A DNA stretch of 64,000 nucleotides from Octopus vulgaris. Lineage: Eukaryota. The DNA is taken from contig OX597835.1 of assembly GCA_951406725.2 (NCBI GenBank), positions 35,154,001 to 35,218,000 of the forward strand. The letters are read 5' to 3'. Below the pieces are notes generated by a model. That model saw only the letters and a list, made by a program, of their open reading frames with translations. It did not search any database and was not told the DNA's origin. This document shows positions 1 through 12,624 of this stretch, piece by piece (the stretch's first letter is position 1; each line of letters begins with the position of its first letter). The translations under genes were made by a program, and so were the position numbers.

Positions 1-236
1 TTACGTTTCTTCTTTTCCTTCACGACGGGAGGATGGAGTTCTTCCCTCTTGTCTGGAAGTCCTTCCATTCCTTCCGCCGCCTCAGGATCCATTGGTGAAC
101 AACCATTCTTGCCCACCGTCTTTCTTTTTTTCCCTTTCTTTTTTGATAGGGTTGCCTCTCCCTCGACTTCTTCCCTCTCCCTCCAATGGGGGAGCAGGGG
201 GATTTTCTATTAACTGTTCCAGGACCTTTGCTTGGT
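1..236 (-). mobile_element. Fragment of a Tx1-like ORF1 element (inverted copy of ~1474-1690)
   Basis: The reverse complement matches 1474-1690 (aaccaagcaaaggtcctggaa...cccctgctcccccattgga...gacttccagacaaga). Confidence 0.7.
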
Positions 237-352
237 TCATTTCACGTTGCTCCAGTTCGCTCAGCTCTGCGAAAGTGAGTAATCCGGCAATGGACTAGCT
301 TCCCGTCCAGGTGGGGAATATACACATCAGGGAAACCGGCCTTATGGCTCTG
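236..352 (+). mobile_element. SINE fragment, family D (V-domain-like)
   Basis: ttcatttcacgttgctccagt...atggact..tcccgtccagg matches the copy at 38390-38628 (-). Confidence 0.6.
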
Positions 353-485
353 GAAAGTACTTTAATCATTTTATAACCATTTATCATTTAATTATCTTGA
401 GAAAAAAAGAAAGAAAGCAAAAACAACAAAAACAAAAAGTAACACAGCAGCCGGAAGTGATAGATAGTTTCTTTATTTTTTAATT

Positions 486-902
486 TTTCAGCCATTGCAC
501 TACGGCCACGCTGGGGCACCGCGTTGAAGGGCTTGAATTGAACAAATTGACCAAAGTACTTCAGTTTTTTTTTTGTTTTCCAAATTTGTTACTTATTCTA
601 TCTATCTCTTTCACCGAAGCGCTAAGTTACGGCAACGTAAAAACTCCAACACCAGTTGCCAAGCGATATTATGGTACGCAACACAATCCTAAGACGCACA
701 CACACACACAAATACACGCATGCACACACACACATACACACACACATATGTACGACAGGTTTCTTTCAGTTTCTGCCTGCCAAATCCACTGAAAAAGCAT
801 TGATCGACCTTGTACTTATAGTAGAAGAAACTTGCCCCAGGTTACATGCAATGGGATTAAACTCGAGACCACATAGTTGCAAAGCAAGCTTCATAACCAT
901 GT
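486..902 (-). mobile_element. Degenerate tRNA-derived CORE-like SINE, family A
   Basis: Similar to the full copies at 8305-8700 and 23985-24388. Confidence 0.65.
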
Positions 903-1004
903 GTATATGTATAGACAAAGATATATCCATGAACATACATACATACATACGTACATACGTACATACATAAATACATACATACGTACATACATACGTACAT
1001 ACAT

Positions 1005-1152
1005 GGAGAAACTGTGTACAGTTGTGGAAATTAGCTGCCCAGCGGATGTTAACATAAAGCTGAAGATCAGTGAAAAAGAGAATACCTATTCAGTCACTCT
1101 ATCCAGATTACAAATTCAAGTTTATACCTGTAATTATTGGTGCCCTGGGATA
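1005..1152 (+). pseudogene. C-terminal fragment of a restriction-like endonuclease from an R4/NeSL-type retrotransposon
   Basis: EKLCTVVEISCPADVNIKLKISEKENTY followed, in a shifted frame, by YPDYKFKFIPVIIGALG parallels CLLIDMSIPCDHNISAKEFDK...IPVIVGALG at 48513-49730. Confidence 0.7.
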
Positions 1153-1710
1153 TGAAGGGAGGAGACTGACAACAGCTTGGGTGTGTGGGCTGCCACCCGA
1201 TATAGAGCTCGAATGGATAGAATACACTATCCATCGGGGTCTGGGTGGCAGCACTGTCAAGCTCTTGAATGTCAGAATTCTCCCCGCGGCTGATTGGGTG
1301 GGGTCAAAAGCAATTTTGACCCTATGGACCCAATCAGCCGATGATCTGATTTTGCCAGATTTTCTAACAATGGCCGGTTCCAGGTACCTGGTGATCTTTG
1401 AGGGATGTCCCCCCCCCACCGCCAAGTGTCACCTGTGTCTGGAATTGGTCAACATAAAGAAAAACTGCCGCCGGAACCAAGCAAAGGTCCTGGAATAGTT
1501 AAAAGATCCCCCTGCTCCCCCATTGGAATGGGTGGGAAAGAGGGAGGAAGTCGAGGGGAGGCAACCCCATCGAAAAAGAAAGGGAGAAAAAGAAAGAAGG
1601 TGGGCAAGAATGGTTGCCCACCTATGGGTCCAGAGGCGGCAGGAGGAATGGAAAGACTTCCAGACAAGACGGAGGAAAAGATGAAACGTAAAAAGAAGAA
1701 CGGGACATTG
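1153..1710 (+). pseudogene. Tx1-like ORF1 (gag-like) fragment with a degenerate zinc knuckle
   Basis: WVCGLPPDI...ILPDFL...YLVIFEG..KCHLC...IKKNC parallels IKNVPPEI...LPDKI...LYVVAEGKKPRCYKC...HLIAKC in ORF1 at 54277. Confidence 0.65.
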
Positions 1711-1841
1711 TATATATGTATATATATATATGTATGTGTGTGTGTGTGTATACATATATACAGAAGAAGAAGAAGAAGAAGAGAAGAAGACACACACACA
1801 CACACACTCACACACGTATATATATATAGACTTTTGTCCAG

Positions 1842-1896
<55 letters not shown>

Positions 1897-2046
1897 CATA
1901 CGTACGCACAGACTTATCAAGAAGTGCGTTAAATTAAACAATTCCACAACAATCGAAAACCCATTACGTCGTATATATTATTTGAACGTAAATAAAATTA
2001 ATTGCATCCAGAAGAAAGTTTAAATTAAAGGAGACAGAAACGGCGT

Positions 2047-2105
<59 letters not shown>

Positions 2106-2516
2106 ACACACACACACACACGCACACACACGTGTGTATAGGAAAGGAGTTCACTTAAAAACATCATCAACGCAAAAAAAAGAACCTGAAAAGAAACAGC
2201 AACAAAGCAAAGGTGACAGAGAATTATCAAGACAAAAGACTTGTTTAATTATACACCTTATATATATATGTATGTATGTATATGTGTGTATAAGCAGTTG
2301 TAGTCTATGCACGGTTAGTAGATATATCATTATATAGCATTGAACTCTTTGAACAAGGCCATTCAGCTCCAGTGTCATTCGGTACACAACTTTGCTACGC
2401 ACGTCCAAAATGTGAAACTGGACAATACGAAAATAACACCCAATTACTCGGTTCTATTAAATTGCGTTTCTTCTTAATTGAAATGATTTCGTCTTTGTTG
2501 TGTATTTTTTCGCAGG

Positions 2517-2714
<198 letters not shown>

Positions 2715-3215
2715 GAGAGCAGTGCATGCCATCAAAGTGACACTGGGGTAAAATATACGAAGCCCAGTATACCCATCATGACTACCCGTCTGATAAGGGT
2801 ACACTAGGCACATGCATCACAACCACATGTGTTCAAAATGATGATCTCATATGAAGATAAACAGCACATGACCTTGCAGGTGGGGCTCAGTTAGAATTTT
2901 CTTCCGGTTGAGTAACCCATCTCGCTCAAAAGGTCCCTGAATAAGGGTTGTTTAAGGATGTTGAGCGAAACAACCCATGTTTCCAGAGGCGAATTATTCA
3001 GTCACCAAAGAATTCCTCTTAACACATGGCTATGATGCTCCCCCACTACTTCTGCTCGTGATCAGAGATGCACATATCGTCAGCCACTAAGGGACATGAT
3101 CAACTGGTTAAAGTCAAACAACTGACAAGCAAATCTGTGGTATTGAGCAGAATATTTGCTTCCAATCAGTTAAAATCAGAATACATGAGAGCAACTGCCT
3201 GATACTTCATCCGGG
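2715..3215 (-). mobile_element. Non-coding retroposon (SINE or LINE 3' UTR) whose 3' end abuts (AAT)n
   Basis: The reverse complement of ~2715-2963 matches 47808-48065 and 48166-48423; all three copies end in (AAT)n. Confidence 0.75.
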
Positions 3216-3346
3216 TTTCTTCTTCTTCTTCTTCTTCTTCTTCTTCTTCTTCTTCTTCTTCTTCTTCTTCTTCTTCTTCTTCTTCTTCTTCTTCTTCTTC
3301 TTCTTCTTCTTCTTCTTCTTCGTCTTCTCTTTCTCCTTCTACTTCT

Positions 3347-3394
<48 letters not shown>

Positions 3395-3644
3395 CCTCCT
3401 TATTCTATCCGAACCGCTAAGTTACGGGGACGTAAACAGACGAGCATCGGTTGTCAAGCGATGGTAGTGGTGTGGGGATAAACACATACACACAAATACA
3501 TAATACATACATGCATACATACATACATACATACATACATACATACATACATACATACACACTCAAATATATAGTTTATAAAAAAACAGAAGACGAAGGT
3601 AGGTGTATGAACAAGCAAGTTTGAAGCTCGGGAAATTAAAAAGT

Positions 3645-3680
3645 CTTTCACGTTTCAAGCCTACGCACTTCATCAGAAAG
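3645..3680 (-). ncRNA. Minimal type I hammerhead-like motif (degenerate, GUG at the cleavage site)
   Basis: Minus strand reads cttt-CTGATGA-agtgcgtaggctt-GAAA-cg-TG-aaag; related copies at 29491 and 35497. Confidence 0.55.
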
Positions 3681-3957
3681 GAGTAAGAGAAAATAAACAG
3701 ATTGAGAGAATGACAAAACTTGTATATTTCAGCAGTCCAACCATGACGAATGGTTGGAAATACGACGGGCTTCTTTTAGTTTCCATCTAGCATATCCACT
3801 CACAAAGCTTTCGTCAACGCGAAGCTATATCAGAAGACACATGCCCAAGATACCTCACAGTGGAACTGAACCCGGAGCCATGTGGATGGGAAGCAAGCTT
3901 CTTACCACACAGCCACTCCTGCACCTACATAAAGTATTTTATTACGCTCAACGTGGG

Positions 3958-3989
<32 letters not shown>

Positions 3990-3999
3990 CCATATATAT

Positions 4000-4289
4000 A
4001 TATTGTTATATTTCGGAATGGTCATATTGCCAGTTTAGCCAATAAAAACACACGCACTATATATTTGGTGTTATTTTGCTTCAGTGATATTTATTTTTTA
4101 CATTAATCTTAATCTTATTTCGGCCAAAGTTCTTTCGTCACACTCCTGTGACCGCATCAGTGGTCCTTTGTTTTCTTCTCACTTACTTGTGTCTCTCCAT
4201 ATCACTGAAGCAAAATAACACCAAATATATAGTGCGTGTGTTTTTATTGGCTAAACTGGCAATATGACCATTCCGAAATATAACAATAT
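4000..4289. repeat. 91-bp inverted repeat (4000-4090 / 4199-4289) with an HHR-like motif in the spacer
   Basis: The arms are reverse complements by eye. The spacer's minus strand (4122-4166) reads ggacca-CTGATGC-g-gtcaca-ggag-tgtgac-GAAA-gaac-TT-tggcc. Confidence 0.85.
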
Positions 4290-4374
4290 CTGTTTCAACA
4301 CACGACTTCACATAAAAAATCTTGCACAACAAATATTTAAACGTACATATATATATATGTATCTCTCTCTCTCT

Positions 4375-4425
<51 letters not shown>

Positions 4426-4427
<2 letters not shown>

Positions 4428-4848
4428 GGGCTACAAACTACAGTAGCATCCACCCTTTTGGGTTAGCCATATTCAAATGGCAAATATGCATCACGATGTG
4501 TTACCGCTACTGTTTATAACTCGCTCTGAGATTTATCATTGTTTGATTTCACTTTTTCAATATCAGTGTCAATCGGACACTGGAAAAAGTATATGTATTT
4601 GTGAAGGAATCTGACTTTTCGTCGACAACCATGATTGTCACACGCTGATGAAAGGTAAACACCTTGAAACTCGGGTACGTGTGTATCATGTGTTGAAGAC
4701 GGGGAGGATGACTCCCCTTCACAAATACTGACAGGACACAGATAGTGTGTCTATAGCCAGCGGGAGGAGGTGTCTTCCTGGGGCTACAAACTACAGTAGC
4801 ATCCACCCTTTTGGGTTAGCCATATTCAAAAGGCATATATGCATCACG
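4426..4848 (+). mobile_element. Retrozyme-like element: 353-nt unit plus 70-nt terminal redundancy, inserted in (TA)n
   Basis: Direct repeats at 4426-4495 and 4779-4848, one internal hammerhead, no meaningful ORF. Confidence 0.7.
4639..4683 (+). ncRNA. Type I hammerhead ribozyme with canonical core
   Basis: cacacg-CTGATGA-aaggt(aaac)acctt-GAAA-ctcggg-TA-cgtgtg: stem I 6 bp, stem II 5 bp, near-palindromic stem III, GUA cleavage triplet. Confidence 0.85.
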
Positions 4849-5009
4849 TTATGTATATATGTATATATATATATATATATGTAGAAGGTTGAAAAGGAAT
4901 ACACGAGTTGATATATACGGAAAAAGTTAAGGTAGAAAATGCTACAATAATTTTATAAAAACATTTCAGAAAAATATGGAACGCTCCACGAATTTGTGAG
5001 TCATATATA

Positions 5010-5522
5010 TCTATATATATAAAACTGTAGTTGTGTGAGTGTCTGTCCCCTTCGATTTAGATTCCTAACTACTCCCACATTTTGCGGTGCAGTTTAACCA
5101 AATTCGGCTATCTTATAGTCGTGATTAATATCGAGCCCGTCTGAGTATTAGCGCGCGTCTACGATGAGTCTACGATTTAAAAAATAATTTAACATCATTT
5201 TTTATTCCATTTTAATGCATAATTTTTCGTGTGTCGATGGCGGCGGAGTTGGCGTCCATGGTCATACCTGCACCTGTTTGCTTCTCCCCCTTCTTCCCTC
5301 CCTCGTGAAGCTGTGGGGAAGGGAGTGTAAGGAAATCAACGTCGTAAAGCGTTGTCAAGGAGACCAGCGTTCTCTTAGAACAACGACTTCATGGCTTGAA
5401 GACACCAAAACAGAAATGGCTAAGAAAGCCCGAATTGGCATCTATAAGGGAAGTAACTCTCTAAAAATGCTTATATAGTTATTTCCCTTACAAACCCGAG
5501 CAACGCCGGGCGATACTGCTAG
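5010..5522 (+). mobile_element. Non-autonomous Helitron
   Basis: 5' TCTATATATATAAAA; 3' GC-rich hairpin cccgagcaacgccggg followed by CTAG; inserted between A and T with no TSD. Confidence 0.8.
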
Positions 5523-5575
5523 TATGTATATAATATAATATAATATAATATAATATAATATATATATATATATAT

Positions 5576-5738
5576 GCGCTGGAGTCGCTGTGTGGTAAGT
5601 AGCTTGCTTACGAACCATATAGTTCCGGGTTCAGTCTCACTGCGTGGCACCTTGGCCAAGTATCTTCTACTATAGCCGCAGGCCAACCAAAGCCTTGTGA
5701 GTCGATTTGGTAGACGGAAACTGAAAGAACCCTGTCGT
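5576..5738 (+). mobile_element. SINE family A head
   Basis: A-box-like and B-box-like segments (ggttcagtc) and the CORE-like ggcaccttggccaagt. Confidence 0.8.
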
Positions 5739-5765
5739 ATATATGTTTATACATATATATATATG

Positions 5766-5831
<66 letters not shown>

Positions 5832-5861
5832 TATATATATATATACACATATATATATATG

Positions 5862-5965
<104 letters not shown>

Positions 5966-6479
5966 TTTGAATTCTTTAGCTTATGCAGTTGACTCTTTTG
6001 ATATTGCATCAGTTTTGTAGACTACACAGGTAGAAAGACGGAAAATGAAAATTAAATTAGAATTGTTTTCCTGCATTTTAAGAAGGACGAGGATTAGTCT
6101 AAGATATAACAAATGTGTAATTTTGTTTCCAGTTTAAAGTAAAATGATAAAATAAAATACTCTCTCCTAATTTGATTTCGAAAATCTGATGCAATTTCCT
6201 AGCGTCTAGCGAAGGAAGGATAATCTAGCAAAAGAGACAAAAACAACAAAAAAAAAAAAGGACAACAACGTCAACGGTGTATAGTAATCTTAATAACATA
6301 TATATCTACAAATATTGTTAGCAGTGCGTCTCTAACTGTCTCTTCATTTGTCCGTTCCCGCTGCCAAGCGTATCGTAAGTAATTAGCTGTGAAAACATAG
6401 AAGGAATATATTTAAGAGATGAGGAATTATGTACATTATTTACATTATTTACATTTGACGGATATTTACATTTGCCCAC

Positions 6480-6546
6480 GGGCATATGGCGTAGTGGTTA
6501 ATAGGGCGGGCTACCCAAGATTCTGAGTTCGATTCCAGGCAGTGAG
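6480..6546 (+). mobile_element. tRNA-derived SINE head
   Basis: tggcgtagtgg A box and gagttcgattcc B box, but no complete cloverleaf. Confidence 0.55.
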
Positions 6547-6567
6547 AATAATAACAACAACAACAAC

Positions 6568-6599
<32 letters not shown>

Positions 6600-6637
6600 T
6601 GATGATGATGATAATAATAATAATAATAATGATGATA

Positions 6638-6669
<32 letters not shown>

Positions 6670-6738
6670 AATAATAATAATAATAATAACATCGAAAAAT
6701 ACCTTAGGAATGAGAACCTATGTTCGAAATTTCCCCAA

Positions 6739-6784
6739 GACACCTGATGAAGGCTGGGTGGTATATCAGCCGAAACGTTGTGTT
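6739..6784 (+). ncRNA. Minimal type I hammerhead (Penelope-like), in a ~150-bp repeat at 6688-6838
   Basis: gacac-CTGATGA-a-ggctg...cagcc-GAAA-cg-TT-gtgtt, with a palindromic ACGU stem III. Confidence 0.8.
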
Positions 6785-6837
6785 AACAACAAACAAGATG
6801 AGGACAAATATCTGTCGAATGTAAATAATGTAAATAA

Positions 6838-7807
6838 GGAAAAGAAAAAGAAAAGAAAAACGGGGCATCGCCAGCGGCGGCAGGCCCCGAAACCCCATCG
6901 GTGGGATGTGTCCCACCGGAGGGGGAGAAGAAGGAAACCTCGTCGGTGGGATGTGTGCCACCGAGCGAGGGAGTTGAGGCCCCTCCCGATGAAAGTGTGG
7001 AACTATATGTGTTCTATCACAGGGGAGGGCCATTGATAATTATATGGAAAATGTCCTTGATAGTCGGGGACTAATGGAACCGATGTTTATTGACAGACCA
7101 GAGTTGCCCCCGCAGGTGTCTGCTCTGGTACTGGAATGAAAGGACTTTTTCACACATCAGGCTCCTTCTCAAGAGAGGATTATAGATTATATTTTTGGTG
7201 CCCAGACTTGCAGATGCAGGTATGCCTGCAGGCCGCGAGATAATTAATCGAGGACGTGAGGTAAGAGTTTCATCGCCTCAATATCTGTCTAATTGTATTT
7301 TTAATTGTAATTTAATTGTAATGGACTTGTTAGTCCAAAGAAATTGTAAAACATCGTAAATTGTACGAGGGTTATAACCTCAATATGTGTTTTATGAAAA
7401 GAACAATGGTATAGAGGACGGTGAGCTGGCAGAATCGTTAGCAAGTCGGGCGAAATGCTTAGTGGTATTCCGTCTGTTGCTACGTTCTGAGTTCAAATTC
7501 TGCCGAGGTCGACTTTGCCTTTCATCCTTTCAGGGTCGATTAAATAAGTGCCAGTTACGCACTGGGGTCGATATAATCGACTTAATCCGCTTGTTTGTCC
7601 TTGTTTTCCCTCTCTGTGTTTAGCCCCTTGTGAGTAGTAAAGAAATAGAAAAGAACAATGTTATAGAGAAGCAGAGGGTCGGCGGGCGCTTTCTGTCTTC
7701 TCCCATCCTTAAAATCTTGAATTATTATCATTCGCCTCATCAATGTCTTCTCCAGCACGCAAAGCTACTCATCTTTGCATTGCCTCTATGGCAAATGAAA
7801 TGAATAA
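6838..7807 (+). mobile_element. 3' part of a Tx1-like ORF1-bearing element, interrupted by a SINE
   Basis: Its start resembles 1674-1710. Its 3' UTR (gagaagcaga..gtcggcgggc..tgtcttctc..atggcaaat..aataaa) is shared with 10697-10845 and 40097-40243. Confidence 0.6.
7417..7647 (+). mobile_element. SINE family B with a ~21-bp TSD
   Basis: TSD gaaaagaacaatg(g/t)tatagag at 7396-7416 and 7648-7668; body contains gagttcaaattc and gcctttcatcctttc.gggtcgat. Confidence 0.85.
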
Positions 7808-7951
7808 AAGTAGCTTGCTTCTCAACTACAAAGTTCTGGGTTCAGTCCCAATTCGTGGTACTTAGGACAATTATTTTCTACTATAGCCTCGAGCCGACCA
7901 AAGCCTTGCGAGTGGATTCGGGAGGCAGAAACTGAAAGAAGCCTGTCGTAC

Positions 7952-8045
<94 letters not shown>

Positions 8046-8290
8046 GTGTGTGTCTGTCCGTGTTTGTTCTCCTGCCATCGCTTGACAGCCGATGCAGGTG
8101 TGTTTATATTCCCGTAACTTAGTGGTTTGGCAAAAGAGACCGATAGAATACGTCCTAGGCTTTTAACCCCCTCTCCGCTCCCCAAAGAAAACAAGCCCTG
8201 GCATCGATTTCTTCGACTAAAACCCTTGACGGCTGTGTTCCAGCATGGTTGCAGTCAAATGACTGAAACAAATAAAAGAATAAAAGAATG
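7808..8290 (+). mobile_element. SINE family A (5'-clipped) with internal (TATC)n
   Basis: Matches the family A consensus from aagtagcttgctt onward. Confidence 0.8.
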
Positions 8291-8304
8291 TATATATATA
8301 TATA

Positions 8305-8700
8305 CAGGAGTGGCTGTGTGGTAAGTAGCTTGCTTACCAACCACATGGTTCCGGGTTCAGTCCCACTGCGTGGCACCTTGGGCAAGTGTCTTCTACTATA
8401 GCCTCGGGCCGACCAAAGCCTTGTGAGTGGATTTGGTAGACGGAAACTGAAAGAAGCCCGTCGTATTTATGTATATATATATGCGTGTGTGTGTGTGTCT
8501 GTGTTTGTCCCACTAGCATTGCTTGACAACCGATGCTGGTGTGTTTATGTCCCTGTCACTTAGCGGTTCGGCAAAAGAGACCGATAGAATAAGTACTGGG
8601 CTTACAAAGAATAAGTCCTGAGGTCGAGTTGCTCGATTAAAGGCGGTGCTCCAGCATGGCCGCAGTCAAATGACTGAAACAAGCAAAAGAGTAAAGAGTA
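8305..8700 (+). mobile_element. Near full-length tRNA-derived CORE-like SINE, family A
   Basis: tRNA-like head, ggcaccttgggcaagtgtctt CORE-like segment, internal microsatellite and tail ending gactgaaacaag.aaaagag. Confidence 0.9.
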
Positions 8701-8753
8701 TATATACACACACACACACACACATATATATATAACTTTGTTTGTGTATTCAG

Positions 8754-8807
<54 letters not shown>

Positions 8808-8808
8808 A

Positions 8809-8839
<31 letters not shown>

Positions 8840-9196
8840 CTCGAAGACAGAGAACGGACTGGATTTTTGCTAAATTATCGAAGCCACCCAATTCTCTTAT
8901 TCCATGTAACCGTTTACATACCCAACACCTTGCTCTCCACTTCCACTCGACGTTTAACTCAAATCACCATATGTACATCATTCATCTCTCTCTCTCTCTC
9001 TTTCGCTCTTTCTCTCTCCCTCTCTCTCACCCACCCCTGACTCTGCTATCAGCCCATTACTGCTAAACTAGCGAGAAATCTTAGTTAAATTGTAATTACA
9101 GAATTAGTAAAGCAGCGAGTACAAAACAATTGTACAGAAGAGTTAGTGAGTGGCGACACGTCCAATGCACCCGTTTACCTCAGCCGATCAAAATAC

Positions 9197-9232
<36 letters not shown>

Positions 9233-9431
9233 TAATAATAATAACAATAATAACAATAATGATAATAATAATATTGTTTAGGGAACAGGGTAGGTCGAGT
9301 AGTTAGCGAGGGGCTGTTGGTAAGGTGAAGGTGGTGGTGGTGGTGGAGGTGGAGGTGGGGGCGATGTCCTCTACTCTTCCAGAGATTTCCGAGGAAATAA
9401 AGAATTATCGTGATTGTACGTGTGTGTGTAT

Positions 9432-9467
<36 letters not shown>

Positions 9468-9920
9468 AGAAAGAGAAGAGAAAAAGAGAGATAGCGGAGA
9501 GAGAGAGAAGAGAGAGAGAGAGATAGCAGGGAGAGAGAGAGGTAGCGAGGAGAGAGAGTTTAAATTTCAATGTACCCGATTACATTGGCTGGTCAAATGA
9601 TCAGGTGATCAACAATATAAAAATTAAACTAAATACAATAAAACTATAAGACGTTTTTGTTTCGCTTTTCTTTTCCTTCTTTTTTTAAAGAGTTTTTCTG
9701 GTTGCGGGAAGAAAAAAAGGTTTTCGAACATTAAACCAAAATCTCTTCCACACTCACCAAAATAAAATAAAAGAATTAAATGAAGAAGATAAAATAACGA
9801 TCGTTGATTGTCACAAATTTCGTTTTTAGAAGAAACACAACGAAATAATTACAGGTTCAAATAAACTATGCGATCAGACATACATACATACATACATACA
9901 CACATATATATGCATATATA

Positions 9921-9978
<58 letters not shown>

Positions 9979-10241
9979 TATATGTTTATACATATATATA
10001 TATATATATACACAGTCGAAACATTCCTGTCACAACCTGGGATCTTGAATACTGCTTTAATGCAAGATAGTATACTAGTCCCTTAATATTTGATATTCAG
10101 TATTTCATCTATTCAATAAGACAATCAATACTTCATTTAATTTAACTATATATATATTATTTATACTATATATTCTATATTCCACATTAATATTATAAAG
10201 AATATAAATAAAACATAAAAAACAGAGTTGGAATTTCTTTG

Positions 10242-10312
<71 letters not shown>

Positions 10313-10314
10313 AA

Positions 10315-11083
10315 GGCGCATGTGTGGCTGTGTGGGAAGAAGCTTGCTTCCCGGAGGGAGGAGCCCATGCCCTGGACAGAGGACGAGGAGTGGCTTTCGC
10401 GGGTGACTACGAAGATCATATCAGATGTCGCTATGGTCAGGGTAATGAACACCTTCCCAAAGGACATGTTTAGATACGCCTTCAGGGGCCCCGACCTAGA
10501 GCTGGAGCATTGCCTAAGGGAAGCGTAAGCCAAGTCTGGGAGGAGGGGCTTTGTGTATTGTATTTATATATATTATATGTAATTATTGAACTATCTTGTT
10601 TGTAATTGACTGTTAAGTCCAAACATTGAAAAGTTGTAAAAGTTGTAAGAGGTTTAATACCTCGTTTTCTGTTTGGTTTTAAAGAAAAATGTTTTAGAGA
10701 AGCAGAAGTCGGCGGGCCCTTATTGTCTTCTCTCATCCTTATCATCTTTCTTTCATTATCATTCATTTCATTAATTTCCTTGTGCAGCCCGCGCAAAGCT
10801 ACTTTACTCTATGTACTGCCTTTATGGCAAATGTAATGAAATAAAGAAGCTTGCTTCCCAATCACATGGCTCCGGGTTCAGTCCTACTGCGTGGCACCCT
10901 GGGCAAGTGTCTTCTGCTATAGCCTCGGGCCAACCAATGCCTTGTGAGTAGATTTGGTGGACGGAAACTGAAAGAAGCCTGCCATTTATATATATATGTA
11001 TATGTTTATGCATGTGCGTCTTTGTGTCTGTGTTTGTTCCTCAACCGTCGCTTGATAAGCGATGTTGTTCCCGTAACTTAGCG
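10315..11083 (+). mobile_element. SINE family A interrupted by a retroelement 3' end (10353-10843)
   Basis: 16-bp TSD aagaagcttgcttccc at 10337-10352 and 10844-10859. Confidence 0.85.
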
Positions 11084-11302
11084 TATGTGTATTATATGAG
11101 GTCGATATATGTCGGACGATTTATGTCGGACGATTTTATCCCAGTGAAAGCATGGATGTAATGCCTTTCTATACGAGCTTTCAGTGGAGTTTATCCGAAA
11201 CTCCGTATTTTGGACGATACCATGGTCTAATTATATAAACGTCTAACTTTTATAACACATTTGCTCAGATATGATTCGGCATGTCTCAACTGACTCAGTA
11301 TA

Positions 11303-11705
11303 CTCTTTTACTCTTTTACTTGTTTCAGTCATTTGACTGCGGCCATGCTGGAGCACCGCCTTTAATCGAGCAACTCGACCCCAGGACTTATTCTTTGTAA
11401 GCCCAGTACTTATTCTATCGGTCTCTTTTGCCGAACCGCTAAGTGAAGGGGACGTAAACACACCAGCATCGTTTGTCAAGGGGGACAAACAAAGACACAC
11501 AAACACACATACACATATATATATATATACATACATATATACGACAGGCTTCTTCCAGTTTCCGTCTACCAAATCCACTCACAAGGCTTTGGTCGGCCCG
11601 GGGCTATAGCAGAAGCCACTTGCCCAAGATGCCACGCAGTAGGACTGAACCCGGAACCATGTGGCTGGTAAGCAAGCTACTTGCCACACAGCCACTCCTT
11701 CGCCT
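11303..11705 (-). mobile_element. Full-length SINE family A
   Basis: Reverse complement of the 8305-8700 type. Confidence 0.9.
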
Positions 11706-11905
11706 GGTGAATTATTATTTATTTATTTTTAGTTTTATTTCGGGGACATCACTTACAGTTTATGCAGCAGATTGTTGTGGCCTGAAATATATCCAGGTGT
11801 CAGTGGTTTGGTTTGAATTTGGCCAGACCTCATTTGAAGGGTAGTATGGGGGTCTTTTAATTGTTTCAAAATAATGTTGATTAGAGAGGGACTCAATGTT
11901 CTCTC

Positions 11906-11947
<42 letters not shown>

Positions 11948-12349
11948 GAATGATAATAATAATATATATATGTTCAGCAAAATTTAGATCAGATGAATAT
12001 GGTACTTAAGTTAAAGGCACCAGAATTTGGTATGGTATTATCCATATAAATCAAATGGGGTGATTATAATCAAAATAAACAACAAGGATATCTATGTTCT
12101 TAATGATGAAATTAACCTCTCTATGTATCTAACCTAGTTATAATGTTGGCAAATAAAATAAGTATAAAAATATACATTGTCCATTTAATTAAAAAACATA
12201 CTATATGTGGCTGAAGATTGCTCGACATTTTAAAACTGATGTAATACTTACAGAGTTTAATAAAATGAAGTAGCATGAAACGATTGTACTACAAGCAACA
12301 AGGATATCCAAGGTAGTGTACCTTGGATATCCTTGTTGCTTATTTTGAT

Positions 12350-12442
<93 letters not shown>

Positions 12443-12451
12443 GTATGTATA

Positions 12452-12624
12452 TAATTAAGAGAAATAACCTCTATTAAGCAATTCAATAGTGAAAGACATT
12501 ATCCATATTAAATAGACATTATTGATTTTTTGAATAATATTTATTATTTAAATGTTTCCTATTTAATATGGATAATGTATTTCACTATCGAATTGCTTAA
12601 TAGAAGTTATATCTCTTAATTATA
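12452..12624. repeat. Imperfect AT-rich inverted repeat
   Basis: aattaagagaaataacctctattaagcaattc... pairs with ...gaattgcttaatagaagttatatctcttaatt. Confidence 0.75.

Noticed and set aside
3040-3090. CTGACGA on the minus strand as a hammerhead core
   Set aside because: No matching stem II, GAAA or stem I could be found.
6480-6546. tRNA gene
   Set aside because: A and B boxes are present, but there is no acceptor stem or full cloverleaf; it fits a SINE head better.
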